From Dictyostelium discoideum (lineage: Eukaryota), in contig CM000152.2 in assembly GCA_000004695.1 (NCBI GenBank), forward strand, positions 3,872,001-3,936,000: a DNA stretch of 64,000 nucleotides. The letters run 5' to 3'. The notes beneath the pieces are model-generated. The model was not told the origin of the DNA. It ran no database searches and saw nothing but the letters and a program-made list of their open reading frames with translations. The position numbers and the translations under genes were made by a program. Shown here in pieces: positions 45,267 through 60,628 of the stretch; position 1 is the stretch's first letter, and every line of letters begins with the position of its first letter.

Positions 45267-45294
45267 TACAAATTTATTATTGTTATTATTAAAT

Positions 45295-45999
45295 TTATTT
45301 TTTTTGTTTTTTAAAAGGTGATTCATCATTTGTTGATGATAAAGTTTGTTGTGATAAAGGTTTTGAATAATCTGGAATCATTTGAATTTTTAAATCTTCA
45401 TCAGTTTCCCAACCGATATCTTCTTGTAAATCTTTTTTCTTTTTATTTGATCTTTCAAGTACTTGATCAAGGATATCTCTAAATAGAGCTTTACGTTTTA
45501 CCCATTCACTTCTTGCTTTTTTTATAGTATCATCAAGACGTTGTTTATCTTTATCGGACATTATCTCTTTGGTTTGGAATGTCAATAATTTCGATTCCAA
45601 TTCTTTATTCTCTGTTGATAATTGATTAACCTCCTTTTGAATTTGTTCATCTGATAATTGATTATTTAGTTGTTTACTTTGTGAAATTAATGATTTTAAT
45701 GTATCTTGTTCAACCTCCAATTGCCTGTTTATACCGTCCAATTTTCTATTTAAATCGTGAATTGATTCTTGTGGTATTTCATAACCTTGTTCATCTAATT
45801 TTGGACCTGTATCTTGTATTCTCCAATATATAATAGCTTTATTATATTCTTTAAATGTTAATTTACCTTGTTCTCCTAAAGATTTTAATGTTTTTACAAT
45901 TTGTGTTTTACCCATACTTGGGAATGCTGCTTCTATCATTTGATAATTATATGGTCTATTTGCTTTATTTATTAAATTTAATATATTTTCTTCAACTAA

Positions 46000-46030
<31 letters not shown>

Positions 46031-46133
46031 ACAAATATAAAAAAAGTATTAACATATGTATTTTTTTTTTTTTTTTTTCAAAAAAATTATTTTTTTATAT
46101 ACCTTCATCTTTTTTTGTTATCTTTTTTGACAT
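45295..46133 (-). CDS. hop2: Hop2/TBPIP homologous-pairing protein, two exons (46133-46103, 45995-45295)
   Basis: Exon 1 is ATGTCAAAAAAGATAACAAAAAAAGATGAAG|GTATAT. The acceptor AAAATTAG joins in phase to ORF 45295..45939. The N-terminal winged-helix region is ...LINKANRPYNYQMIEAAFPSMGKTQIVKTLKSLGEQGKLTFKEYNKAIIYW..., followed by coiled coil. Confidence 0.6.
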
Positions 46134-46546
46134 TCTTTTTTTTTTTTGTAAATATAATTATTAGTTCTTGCTTTACTAGTTTTGAAATTAAAATGAAAAT
46201 TTTTTATTTTTTTTTATTTTCACTTTTTTTTTTTTTTCAAAAAAAAAAAAAAAAATTCATACACTAAAAACTCTAAATTCTTAGAAAAAAAAAAAAAAAA
46301 AAAAAAAATCAAAAAAAGTAATAAAAATAAAATAAAATTATTTACCAAGAATCTAATTAATTTATACAATGAAAAAAAATATATATTATGATTATTTAGG
46401 GATCACAATATCTTAAATTTATTTATTTATATATATATTTTTTTTTTTTTATATTAAAAAAAGTATTAAAACAGGAAAGATTTGGATTTAGATTTAGGAT
46501 TATATTTGTATTTGTATTTGTGTTTGTATTTTTCTTATTCTTCTTT

Positions 46547-48423
<1,877 letters not shown>

Positions 48424-48866
48424 TTTTTTTATTGTTATTATTATTATTATATTATTATATAATTTACTATAGTGGTATGCGTATGTTAAAAACGATTTTT
48501 TAAAAATAAAAAAAATAAAAAAAAAAAAGATGGTGACGTTGGTAGGGTTTTTTTTTTTTTTATGATTTTTTGATTTTTGAATCAATAAGATTTTTTTTTT
48601 TTTTTTTTTTTTTTCTGTGATTTTTATTGGTGTATTTTGTTTGTAAAAATATATAAGAAGAATATCAATTGATGATAATAATAATAATAAATAAATAAAA
48701 ATTAAGATTAAATACAAAATAATTAATGAAAATTTATTATGAAAAAAAAAATAATAATAATTATTACGTGAAATATTTTTTTTAAAAAAATAAATAAATT
48801 AAAAATTAAAAAAATAAAAAATAAAAAACAATCAATGTGAGTATTTGTGTGTATGAATAAATAATA

Positions 48867-48918
48867 GGTGTGGTGGTAGATGGGAGGTAGATGGGAGGTA
48901 GATGGTGGGTGGGTGGTG
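48867..48918 (+). repeat. G-rich tandem repeat (GGTAGATGGGA)x3 followed by GGTGGGTGGGTGGTG
   Basis: Read directly in the sequence. It sits in the divergent intergenic region between the 46547-48423(-) and 49693-51045(+) genes. Confidence 0.8.
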
Positions 48919-49186
48919 AATATTTGTGATTGAAAGCAAAAAAAAAAACAAAATATACACAAAACACACACAAAAACACAATTTTTAATTAAATAGAATG
49001 TAAATTGGATGGTGCTATATTGATATTTATTTACAGATAAATATATAGAAAAAATAAAAATAAAAATAAAAATAAAAATAAAAATAAAAATAAAAATAAA
49101 AATAAAAATAAAAATAAAAATAAAAATAAAAATAAATAAAAATAATTAATAAAAAAATAAAACTTTGTTTTTAATAGATATAGAAA

Positions 49187-49235
<49 letters not shown>

Positions 49236-49413
49236 CAAACGATGATTTTTTTGATTTTTTTTTTTTTTTTTTGATTTTTGTTTTTTTTTTTTTTTTTTTT
49301 GACGGGTCCGCATATTCATTTAAAAAGAATATTTTTAACACCCACCATCATATGATTTTAGTTAAAATTGAAAAAAAAAAAAAAAAAATAAAAAAATAAT
49401 AATCAAATAATTG

Positions 49414-49445
<32 letters not shown>

Positions 49446-49692
49446 ATTAATAAACAAAAAAAATCATTGTTTTATTTAAATTTTAATTTGAAAAGCCTTT
49501 TTTGTCCCAACCTATTAATCAAATTTTTTTTTTATTTTTTTTTTTTTTGTGTGAATTTGTTTTTTAATTTGAAATTTTTTGTGTGAATTTTTTTTTTTTT
49601 TTTTTGTGTGAATTTTTTTTTTTTTTTTTTAGTTATTTTTTTTTCAAAATTAAACAGTTTTTTTTTTATATAAAATAAAAAGAAGCTACAAT

Positions 49693-51045
49693 ATGTTTGA
49701 AAATAATAATAATGATGGTGGAAGTGGTAGCGGAATAAATTCACCATTATCACCCCAATCACCATATCAAGCAACTACTACAAATAGAATTAATAGAGTA
49801 TCAAATAATAGAAATAGTAATAATAATAATAATGATAGTTGGGTAGAAAAAGTTAAATTATTCGATTTTTACCCAAAAGTTAATGATGATGTACCAAGAC
49901 ATAAATCAACATTTGGTGGTGTAGCAACAATGATTTGTATTTTAATTACAACTTATTTATTAGTATCAGAGATTTATTTTTATACATTCCCAATTAGGGA
50001 ACATTCATTAAAGGTAGATATTACCAGAGGTAATAGATTACCAATCAATATCGATATTCATTTCCCAAGATTGGTTTGTACTGATATTACAATCGATGTA
50101 GTTGATGGTATAGATGGTAACCCAATTAAAGATGCAGCTTATCAAATAGTTAAACAAAGATTAGATTCATATGGTGAGCCATTTGCTCAAGGTGTTGCAT
50201 TAGGTAATAAAAAAAAAAATAAAAAATAAAAAAAAAAAAAAAAAAACAATATAAATATTAATTTATATGTTGTTTATTTTTAATTTTTAGCTGGTAAAAA
50301 AGGTATATTTAGTAGATCATGTACAGAATGTGAATTTCCAAAATCAAAGAGAGTATCATCAGTATTTTATAAACAAAAATGTTGTAATAGTTGTGAAGAT
50401 TTAAGACAATATTATAGACTTAATAGAATACCACAGAATTTAGCAGACGATTCACCACAATGTTTAATAGAGAGACCAGTTCAAGATGATGAAGGTTGTA
50501 GAATTTATGGATCATTGTCAGTGCAAAAGATGAAGGGTGATTTCCACATTTTGGCAGGCACTGGTATCGATCAATCACATGATGGTCACGTTCATCATGC
50601 TCATCATATCCCCAGAGAGAATATTGGGCGTATTAAACATTTTAATATCACTCATCATATTCACAAGTTTTCATTTGGTGAGGATATCGAAGGTTTGATT
50701 AACCCATTGGAAGATTTTGGTATTGTTGCTCAAAGTTTGGCTGTTCAAACCTATTATCTTCAAGTTGTACCAGCAATCTATAAAAAGAATGATTTCGTTT
50801 TAGAAACTAATCAATACTCTTACACCTATGATTATAGGATTGTAAATATGTTCAATTTAGGTCAGCTTTTCCCTGGAATTTACTTCAAATATGATCTCTC
50901 TCCTCTTATGATTGAAGTAGATCAAACCTCAAAACCATTGGTTGAATTAATTACAAGTATTTGTGCAATTGGTGGTGGAATGTATGTAGTTTTAGGTTTA
51001 GTTGTTCGTTTATCTGAATTTATTACAAATTTAAAAAAGAAATAA
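49693..51045 (+). CDS. ERGIC3/Erv46-family ER-Golgi intermediate compartment protein, two exons (49693-50203, 50291-51045)
   Basis: ORF 49693..50229 ends TTAG|GTAATA. The acceptor TAATTTTTAG joins in phase to ORF 50515..51045. Family hallmarks: FDFYPKV, the N-terminal TM GGVATMICILITTYLL, and the Cys-rich CTECEF...CCNSCEDLRQYY loop. Confidence 0.7.
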
Positions 51046-51505
51046 AATCAAAAATATAATATAATATAATATATAGTAAAATAGTAATAATAAAAAATCA
51101 AAAAAAAAAAAAAAAAATCAAAAAAAGTCTAAATATAGAATATAAATGAATATTTTTATTTTTTTTATTTTTTTAATTTTTTTAATTAGGTGGAATCTAA
51201 TAAATAAAAAAAAATTATTAATTTGGCGCCTATTTTTTTTTTTTTTTTTTTTTTTTTCTCTTTTTCCAAATTTTTTTTTTTTTTTTTTGTTTTTTCTTTT
51301 TTTTTAAAAATTATTTTCATTATTGAGGATAAATATAAAATATTTAGTTGATAATAGTTTAATAACTATTTTAGAAAAGGATAATAGATAGATAAATAAA
51401 AAAAAAAAAAAAAAAAAAAAATTATTATATGTTTTTTTTTAGGTTATTTTTTTTTTTTTTTTTTTTTTTTTTCGGAAGTAATTAAAATATTTAATAATAA
51501 TTATT

Positions 51506-52871
51506 ATGGATACTCATCAATCATTTAATGAAAATCAACATCCAAATTTTAATAGTGGTAATCATGGAGGTATTAATATGAATAGATTTCAAAGATTTTC
51601 AAAACCAACAATTTCACCAATTCAACAACAACAACAACCACAACCACAACAACCATCATCAATTATACAAAGACAATCAATCATTATGACACAACCACAA
51701 CCACAACCACAACCACAAATGATACCAATATTTAGAGAACCAAATGAATGGTATAAATTAATTGATATGGAAATGAATAAATTTAATAATGAGTCAAGAC
51801 CATCACCTGAATATATAAAATATTTAACTCAATTATTTCAACAGGCTTTAGATAGTCTTGAACATAAAAATACACCCGAATTTTATTTATTCTTATTAAA
51901 TCGTGCAACTTTTCAAAGGTAATTTTATATTAAAACTTTTTTTTTTTTTCTTTTAAAATACATGATACTAACTGAAAACTTTTTTTTTTTATTTCATTCA
52001 TCATGGATTATATTAATCACTCACACATTCACATACACACACATATATATATTATATATATATATATATACTATTAGTAAAATCGGAGAGAATGAAGATG
52101 CAAAAGGAACATTAAAATATATGAAAGTATTAAAGATGGAAAGTTTTGAAGTATTTGTATTATTATCAGAGATTGAATCGAAATCTTTTAGATTTTCAAA
52201 GGCAAGATCAATTATTAATAGAGGTATTCAAAAGATTCCCTCAAGGAGTAAAGAATTTGAGGGATTTTTAATGGTTATAGATATTCAAGAGGATGAATTT
52301 TCAAGAAATGGTTGTATTATTAGTAATAATAATAATATAAGTTTTAATAATGGTGATGTAAATAATAATAGTATAATAATGAATGAAAATGATCAACCAA
52401 TGGTAATTAATCTTAATCCACAGCAGCAACAACAACAACAACAACAACCATATGAAATATCATCATCATCATCATTGATGAGTACACCAGCATCCTCTAG
52501 ACATTTATCTAATAGATCATCAATAGTTCCAACACCAAATAGTTCAACAAAACTCTCTGAATCAATTAAAACAATTGGTTTAAGATCTGTACAACCCAGA
52601 AGAGTTATTCATAAACAAACTACTACAAATTTTAATACCACCACTACTACTATACCTGAAAATAGTTATGATGATGATGCTGATCAACCAATGGATCATG
52701 ATGGTAATAATAATAATAATTTTAGAATACATTCGAACAACAATAATAATAGTAGTGCAAATAGTAGTTATAATAAAAGTGAAAATGATGAAGATGATCA
52801 AGATGAAGAAGATGAAGAAGAAGAAGATGAAGATGAGGATGATGATGAAGAAGATGAAGAAGAGTATGAAG

Positions 52872-52951
<80 letters not shown>

Positions 52952-53104
52952 TATTTTAAATACAATCGACAACAATACATTTTAAATAATGATAGTGATA
53001 CTAGTACAAACCCAAATTCACCAGCATCTTCAAACTCTTCTGTTAACGATATCATTAACAGTATTTCAATTACTGATGATTCTAAATTAGATTATGAAAA
53101 TAAT

Positions 53105-53189
<85 letters not shown>

Positions 53190-53459
53190 ATATACAACAA
53201 CAACAACAACAACAACCAAAAATACACCCACAAAGATTTTCACTTCAAAATAATACACCAACAACAACTACAACAACAACAGCAGCAACAAATGTACAGA
53301 ACCCTTCATCATCATCATCATATATTTCACCTCCTTTATCTTCTCAATCATCAGAACTCCAACATCAAAGAAGACACTCTATTCAAGCTCAAAGAGCAAA
53401 TAAACCTCCTGTTATTCCTCCACCTTCAAAATTACATCAAAATAATTTACAACAGCAGC

Positions 53460-53513
<54 letters not shown>

Positions 53514-53568
53514 TACTTTTACAACAACAAGCTTTATTACAACAACAGCAGCAACAACAAATTTTATT

Positions 53569-53620
<52 letters not shown>

Positions 53621-54616
53621 AAACAACAAGAACAACAATTAAAAAAAACAAATATGCAACCACCGCCACCAAAGCAACCTCAACCTCAAACCCAAACTCA
53701 ACAACAACAAAAAAATATTAATAATTCAGAAATTGTTGATAAAGAAAAATCATTTGAAGTTGCAAAAAGTTGGAGTGAAGTTGCAATGGTAAATGGTAAA
53801 CCATATTTAAGAATTGAATTTATAGGAAAAGGTGGTAGTGGTAAAGTTTATAAGGTATTAAGTGGTGATTTAAAAATCTATGCATTGAAATATGTTTGTT
53901 TATCAGATCCAAATGAGATTGAAGCACAATTGAATGAAATTGAAATGTTGAAACGTTTAAGAAAACAGGTTAATATCATTCAATTGATAGACTATGAAGT
54001 TAATATGGCAAAGAATTATATATTGTTAGTGTTGGAATTTGGTGAGATCGATCTATCAAAACTTTTACAAAGATTGCAAACTCCGAATGGAACCAATGTG
54101 AATTTCATACGTATCTATTGGCAGCAAATGTTGCAGGCTGTGCACACCATCCACGAGGAGAAGATCATTCATGGTGATTTGAAACCCGCAAATTTCGTCT
54201 CGGTTCAGGGTAGTTTAAAATTAATTGATTTCGGTATTGCCAAAGCCATCCAATCCGATGATACTACCAATATCGTTAGAGAGAGTCAAATTGGTACAAT
54301 CAATTATATCTCACCCGAGGCTTTAATCGATACTTCACAAGGTGGTCCAAAGCAGTGTATGAAGTTAGGAAGAGCAAGTGATATTTGGTCTTTGGGTTGT
54401 ATACTCTATGAGATGGCTTTTGGTTATCCACCTTTTAAAAGTTTTTCAAATATAATCTCAAAATATCAAGCTATCATTAATCCTCATCATAAAATTGAAT
54501 TTCCAGTTCATCCAAATGAAAATTTATTAAAAGTTTTAAAACTTTGTTTAATTAGGAATCCTCATGAAAGACCAACAATTCCAACTTTATTAAATCATGA
54601 TTTTTTAAAAATTTAA
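51506..54616 (+). CDS. Mps1/TTK dual-specificity protein kinase with an N-terminal TPR-like region and polyQ/polyN, two exons (51506-51918, 52078-54616)
   Basis: ORF 51506..51922 ends CAAAG|GTAATT. The acceptor CTATTAG joins in phase to ORF 51962..54616. The kinase domain resembles TTK: IGKGGSGKVYKV, IYALKYV, HGDLKPANF, LIDFGIA, GTINYISPEA, SDIWSLGCILYEM. Confidence 0.7.
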
Positions 54617-54680
54617 TAAATAATAAATATTATGTGTGTGTATATATATATATTTCTATTTATTTTAACTTTTTATTTTT

Positions 54681-55709
54681 TTAATTTAATTTTATAACAA
54701 TTTTACCAAATGAACCTCTTGATAAATGTTGAAATGCTTTAATTGAATCATCAAAATCATAAATTGTATCAATTACTGGTTTAAAGATGAAATTTGTTGA
54801 TAATTGATTAATCATTTCTTGGAAAGAATCTTTTGGTGAAACTCCAATACCATGTAGGTTAATTCTTTTAAAGAGAGCATCAAAAAGGTTGATTTTAGCA
54901 TTTGATTCTTTTAAAAATCCAATCATATAGATATGACCATGTGTATGACTACAACGTATTGATCTATTTATATAATCACCACCAACTACATCAAGTACAT
55001 GATTTACACCTTGATCATTTGTTAATTTCATAACTTCTTTCTCCCATTCATTATGGGTTTTATAATTTATAACATGAGTGGCACCCATTTTTAATAATCT
55101 TTCTTTTTTTTCTTCATTACTTGTTAAAAGTATAGTTTTTGCACCAATTGAATGTGATATTTGAAGAGCGAATAATGAGACACCGCCAGTGCCTTGAATT
55201 AAAACAGTTTGATTTGATTTTAATTTTGATTCAATTCCACCGACATTCATTAACGAATACCACGCTGTACATGCTGCAATGGGTAATGTTGAGCATTCTT
55301 CATCTGTGTAATGTTTTGGTGGTATTAAACATGAGTTTTCATCAAGAATAATGTATTTTGCTAAACCGCCATTTAACGGACCACCATAACTGAATTGTTC
55401 TTCATTACTTTTCGCTTCACCTTCCATCCAGTGAGATAAGAAATGATTTACAACTCTATCACCAACTTTAAATTTCTTTACATTTTTTCCAACTTTTTCA
55501 ATTATGCCACAAGTATCAGATACTGGTATTAAACCTTTTTCAAATTTAATACCATAGGTTCCATCCATTATTGCTTTATCTCTATAGTTTAATGAAACTG
55601 CTGATACTTTAACCAATACTTGATCATCATTAATATGTGGAACTGAAATTTCATCCATTTTCATACCATAGGTACCATCAAAACTATGAATTCTCCATGC
55701 CTTCATCAT
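54681..55709 (-). CDS. Zinc-type alcohol dehydrogenase / quinone oxidoreductase (MDR superfamily), single exon, 342 aa
   Basis: GroES-like N-terminal domain and Rossmann-fold motif (LIQGTGGVSLFALQI). The ORF is uninterrupted. Confidence 0.75.
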   Translation of the reverse strand: MMKAWRIHSFDGTYGMKMDEISVPHINDDQVLVKVSAVSLNYRDKAIMDGTYGIKFEKGLIPVSDTCGIIEKVGKNVKKFKVGDRVVNHFLSHWMEGEAKSNEEQFSYGGPLNGGLAKYIILDENSCLIPPKHYTDEECSTLPIAACTAWYSLMNVGGIESKLKSNQTVLIQGTGGVSLFALQISHSIGAKTILLTSNEEKKERLLKMGATHVINYKTHNEWEKEVMKLTNDQGVNHVLDVVGGDYINRSIRCSHTHGHIYMIGFLKESNAKINLFDALFKRINLHGIGVSPKDSFQEMINQLSTNFIFKPVIDTIYDFDDSIKAFQHLSRGSFGKIVIKLN

Positions 55710-56108
55710 TTTTTTATTTATTTAATTATTTGTTTTTTTTTTTTTTTTAAAAAAAAAGGTAAATTATATTAAAATTATTAAATAAAATAAAATTGTGAAA
55801 AAAAAAAAAAAAAATATTATGTTGGGGTTTTTTTTTTTTTTTTGTGTTGAATTTCATTTTTGTACATATTTGGAATATTCAAACATTTTAATTTTGTAGT
55901 TTGTATACTGAGGAGTTTTATTCTTTTTTTTTTTTTTCAATTTTTAATGTATAATGGATCCATTCAGTGAAATAAAAAAAAGGTATGTAAATTATAATCC
56001 AATAAAAAATTAAAATAAAAACATTAAGTTTCTCCCAATTTTCATTTAAACCTTTTATTAAAAATTAATATTACCTTTCATATTTTTTCTTAAAATTAAA
56101 ATAAATAG

Positions 56109-56184
<76 letters not shown>

Positions 56185-56565
56185 AAATGAATAAATAAAT
56201 AAAAAAAAAAATAAAAATAAATAAATTAATATATCATTTACTGATTAAATAATATTTTAATTATTTTTTATTTGAAATAATGTTCAAAACCCCCATTAAT
56301 TACAGAATAGATTAAAAAATTATTAAAAAGAGTGGTTAATTCAAAAGATTAATAAGGATTATATTAATATGGAAATTGTAGAGTTTTAACCGCCTTTATA
56401 TATATTCTGCTATTTCAGTTAAAAGGGTTTGAATATTGAAATTGACAAGAATGATTTTTTTTTTTTTTTTTTTTTTTTTTATTTTTTTCAAGAATAGTTA
56501 GTATTTAAACAAAAAAAAAAAAAATTTAATAAAAATCAAAAACCAATCAATTTAAAAAAATAAAA

Positions 56566-56902
56566 ATGACTTTGTTTGGTAATCATTAATTTTATTATAA
56601 TTATAAAATTAATATAAAAAATAATTAATTCTTTTTTTTTTTTATTTTTTATTTTTTTTTTAGCTTCAATCTCTTTAATTTCTAATCCATTAAAAGGATC
56701 AAACTCAAGAATCTCATCATCAAATGGAAGTGGTATTTTAATGGGATCAAATTCAATAACATGTGGAGGTTGTGGTGGAACAACTACTACAATAAAATCA
56801 TCTGGTTCATTTACAATTGATTCTAGTATTAATGTTTATGTGGATTCTAAAAATGTTTATTCACGTACTTATCATGATTCATTTAATGGCTGTTCTAGTT
56901 AA
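56566..56902 (+). CDS. Divergent hssA/2C/7E-like small protein (exon 1 at 56566-56578, exon 2 at 56664-56902); it lacks the (GL)n core
   Basis: Exon 1 is ATGACTTTGTTTG|GTAATC. The acceptor (T)nAG joins in phase. The product is [54 protein letters not shown]...NGCSS*. It was missed by the ORF track because it is under 60 aa from its internal Met. Confidence 0.5.
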
Positions 56903-57798
56903 TCGTGTGATTTAATCATAAAAAGTAAATCTGATAAATCACCAAATATTAATATTTATATATATCAGTAAATTTGTAATATCAATCAATTTCCTTATTT
57001 TTTTAAAATAATTAAAAAATAAAAAAATAATAAATTCAATAATTTCTTTTTTTTTTTAAAAACAATATTATTTTTCATTCTTTTTTTAATTTAATGATTT
57101 ATTCTTAAATTAAAGATTAAAAAATATAAATAAAATTAGATTTGAATAATATTAAATATGATCATAATTGTGGATATACATACAAAAATGTATTTTTTAT
57201 TTTTTATTTTTTATTTTTAAAAAGACAAAATATGTTTTTTTTTAAATTAAATTTAATAATGTAAACCTTAGTTTGTGTTTTTTTACAACAATTTATTTGA
57301 ATTAAACAGTCACTAGAAAAAAGTAGTTTATATTTGGTTAAAAAACAATTTTAAAAGGGGTTTATATTATAATGAATAAAGGTTTAAATTTTTTTTTTTT
57401 TTCTGGTTTTTTTTTTTTTTTAAAAATCAATAACCACATGTTCAAGATGGATTAAATAATTTAAAACAAAAATGGGTTTGTGGTTTGTGAAAAAAAAAAA
57501 AACAAAAATTTGTTTGGATAAACTTTTAATCACGATTTTTAATATTTATTATATATAATCAGTAATTTCATTTTTTTTTTTACCTGTCAAAAATGTATTG
57601 AGATCTTATAGAAAATGAGTGTTTTTAGATAATTAAATCTCTGTACTATTTGGTCTAAAATAATTATTGTTTTTATTTGAAAAAAAAAAAAAAGAATGAT
57701 TTATTTTTAAAATTTTTTTTTAGTTTAAAAAAAAAAGTATAAAATAAAATTTAATTTTATACATTTAAAAATATATTTTAAAATTTAACTTAATAAAA

Positions 57799-58159
57799 AT
57801 GACTCTTTTTTGTAAGAATTTATAAACTAAAAAAAATATTAAAATTAAAACTAACCATATAGTATTATTAATTAATAGCATCAATTTCATCAATTTCAAG
57901 CTCAATTTCAAGCTCAAAATCAAGTATTGCATCATTTGGTAATGGAACAAGTATGGGTTCAAATTCAATTGCATGTGGTGGTGGTTGTGGAAGTGGAAAT
58001 GGATTTGGTGGTATTTTTATTGGTGCAAATATAGATTTAACAGGTGGCGCCAGTACAAGTAGTGGGGGCAGAGGTGGAAGACCAGGTCGTGGACATGGTG
58101 GGCCACATGGTCATGGTCGTGGTGGTTCTGGTTCTGGAAGCTCATGTGGTTGTAATTAG
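57799..58159 (+). CDS. Divergent hssA/2C/7E-family protein (exon 1 at 57799-57811, exon 2 at 57879-58159) with a Gly/His/Pro-rich tail
   Basis: Exon 1 is ATGACTCTTTTTT|GTAAGA. The acceptor TTAATAG joins in frame to ORF 57953..58159. The product is [27 protein letters not shown]...[18 protein letters not shown]. Confidence 0.6.
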
Positions 58160-58441
58160 GTTTTAAAAAAAACTATATTTCATTCATCCTATTACTATTA
58201 TTGTAATAATACTATATCCAATAAATAAAATTATATATTTTTTTAAATCATTTAAATCAAAAACACTCTTATTTATTTAAAATTTATTATTTAAATATAA
58301 GGATATTTTGACAAGGGAATTTTTTTTTTTTATATTAAAATTAATTTTAGTTTTAAATTTTCTTGGGAAATTAAATTACTTATATTAAATATTTTTAAAA
58401 AAACTATAAATGTAAAATGTAAAATGGTAATAGTTTTTTAT

Positions 58442-58482
<41 letters not shown>

Positions 58483-58955
58483 GTATTGTTAAAAATAATA
58501 TCATGTTTTTTTAATTAATAACCACCAAATCTATTAATTTCAATTTTTTATTAATATTTGTGGATTGGGGTATTGGTGTGTTTGAGTGTGTGGTTAAAGA
58601 TAAACCAATTAGTTTTTATATTTTTATATATATAACTATTATGGGTATCATTAACTGGAAATTTCGTATTTTTAATATTTTGTAAACTGCTAAAAAAGTT
58701 TATTCATCTAATATGAACTCAAACTTAAAAATAAATATTATTTGAATTTGGTAGTTAATTTTTACTTTTTTACAATACTGGTTAAATTACAAGTTAATAT
58801 AAATGAAAAAGAGTGATTTATTTTTTATATTACTCAAAAATAAAAAGTATAAATTAAAATTTTTTTTTTTTTTTTCATTAATCAATTATTATATTTTTAA
58901 TAAAAAAAAATTAAAATAAATTAAAATAAATTAATATAAATTATATTAAAATAAA

Positions 58956-59315
58956 ATGACACTCTTTTGTAAGTATTTTTTTTTTATTATTTTTTAATTT
59001 AATAAATTAAAATAATTACTAATAATTTTTATAATTATAGCATCAATCTCATCAATTTCAAACCCAATGACAAGTTCAAAATCCAGTATTGCATCATTTG
59101 GTAGTGGAACAAGTATGAGTTCAAATTCAATTGCATGTGGTGGTGGTTGTGGAGGTGGAAGTGGTGGTATTCTTGGTTTAGGTTTAGGATTAGGATTAAA
59201 TTTATTTGGAGGTTCTGGATCAAGAGGTGCTTGTGGTGGTAATGGTAGATCTGGAAATCCTGCTCAAGGAGGAAATGGAGGTTCTTGTTGTGGAGGTCCA
59301 TGTTGTGGTATTTAA
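58956..59315 (+). CDS. hssA/2C/7E-family protein, plus-strand copy (exon 1 at 58956-58968, exon 2 at 59041-59315)
   Basis: Exon 1 is ATGACACTCTTTT|GTAAGT. The acceptor TAATTATAG joins in frame to ORF 59067..59315. Confidence 0.7.
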
Positions 59316-59429
59316 AATATCTTAAAAAATTTTAAAAAAAATATATATGTTCAAAAGTACTATAGATGTAATAGTACTTTATTAAAATAAAAATGGTTAT
59401 TTACCAGTTTATTCAAAACAAAAAAAAAT

Positions 59430-59462
<33 letters not shown>

Positions 59463-60247
59463 TTATTGTTTTTTATTTTTAATTTTTAAAATAAACTATT
59501 TCTACAATTGTTATTGTAATGGTCTCAATTTAAATTAATTTTATTAGTCTTATTTTTCATTGGTTTAATTGATATATGATTGACCTCATTGAAATACCCA
59601 CTTTTTTAATCCATTTTTGTGGTGATAATTAATTCATTATTAACCCCATTTTATAAAAAAAAAATCTAAACTTTTTTTAAAGTTTTTAAAATTATTATAG
59701 TTCATTTAATAATATCAATAATCAAAGAAATGCCTTCGGTTTTAATAAAAATAAAATAATAGTTATTTTTATTTTATTTTTATTAAAAAAACATAAAAGA
59801 AATTTGGGATGATATTAAAAGGGGGTATTGTTATAAATCTAAAGATGTTTTTTTATTATATTTCAAAAATAACACAAAATTATAATTTTTGTGGGCTGTG
59901 GGTAAAATATTTTAATTGATAAACAAATTCTTTTTATATTAATTGTATTACATTACCTTTTTTTTTTTTTTTTCTATTTTTATATTATTGGTAAAATGAA
60001 TAAAAAAGTATATTCATCTGATGAATATACTGAAACTTAAAATGTCATTTATTTGAAATTTTGGTAAACTTTTTGACATTGTAGTATTTTGGTTAAATTA
60101 CAAATTATTATTAAAAAAAGTGATTAAAAACAAAAATAAAAAATAAAAAAAAATAAAAAAAAAAAACAAGGATATAAATAAAAAACTTTTTAGCTTTTTA
60201 ATTAACAAATATTAATACTAAATTATAAAATAATTAAAAAATAAAAA

Positions 60248-60628
60248 ATGACACTTTTCTGTAAGGATTTTAATATTTTAAAACAAAAATCATAAAAAAA
60301 ACATTTTGTAAACTAATTTTTAAAAAAATAATGAAAACTAATAAATTAATTATTATTAATAGCATCAATCTCATCAATTTCAAACCCAATGACAAGTTCA
60401 AAATCTATAATAGCATCATTTGGTAGTGGAACTATTATGAGTTCAAATTCAATTGCATGTGGTAGTGGTTGTGGAGGTGGAAGAGGTGGTATTCTTGGTT
60501 TAGGTTTAGGATTAGGATTAAATTTATTTGGAGGTTCTAGAGGTGCTTGTGGTGGTAATGGTGGATCTGGAAATCCTGCTCAAGGAGGAAATGGTTCTTG
60601 TTGTGGAGGTCCATGTTGTGGTATTTAA
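60248..60628 (+). CDS. hssA/2C/7E-family protein, plus-strand copy (exon 1 at 60248-60260, exon 2 at 60363-60628)
   Basis: Exon 1 is ATGACACTTTTCT|GTAAGG. The acceptor TTATTAATAG joins in frame to ORF 60389..60628. Confidence 0.7.

Noticed and set aside
55930-55975. ATGGATCCATTCAGTGAAATAAAAAAAAG|GTATGT, which looks like a first exon with a perfect donor
   Set aside because: No in-phase downstream exon could be found before the poly-A tract at 56110-56200 and the first hssA-like gene. A possible unresolved gene start, but it is not reportable as a feature.
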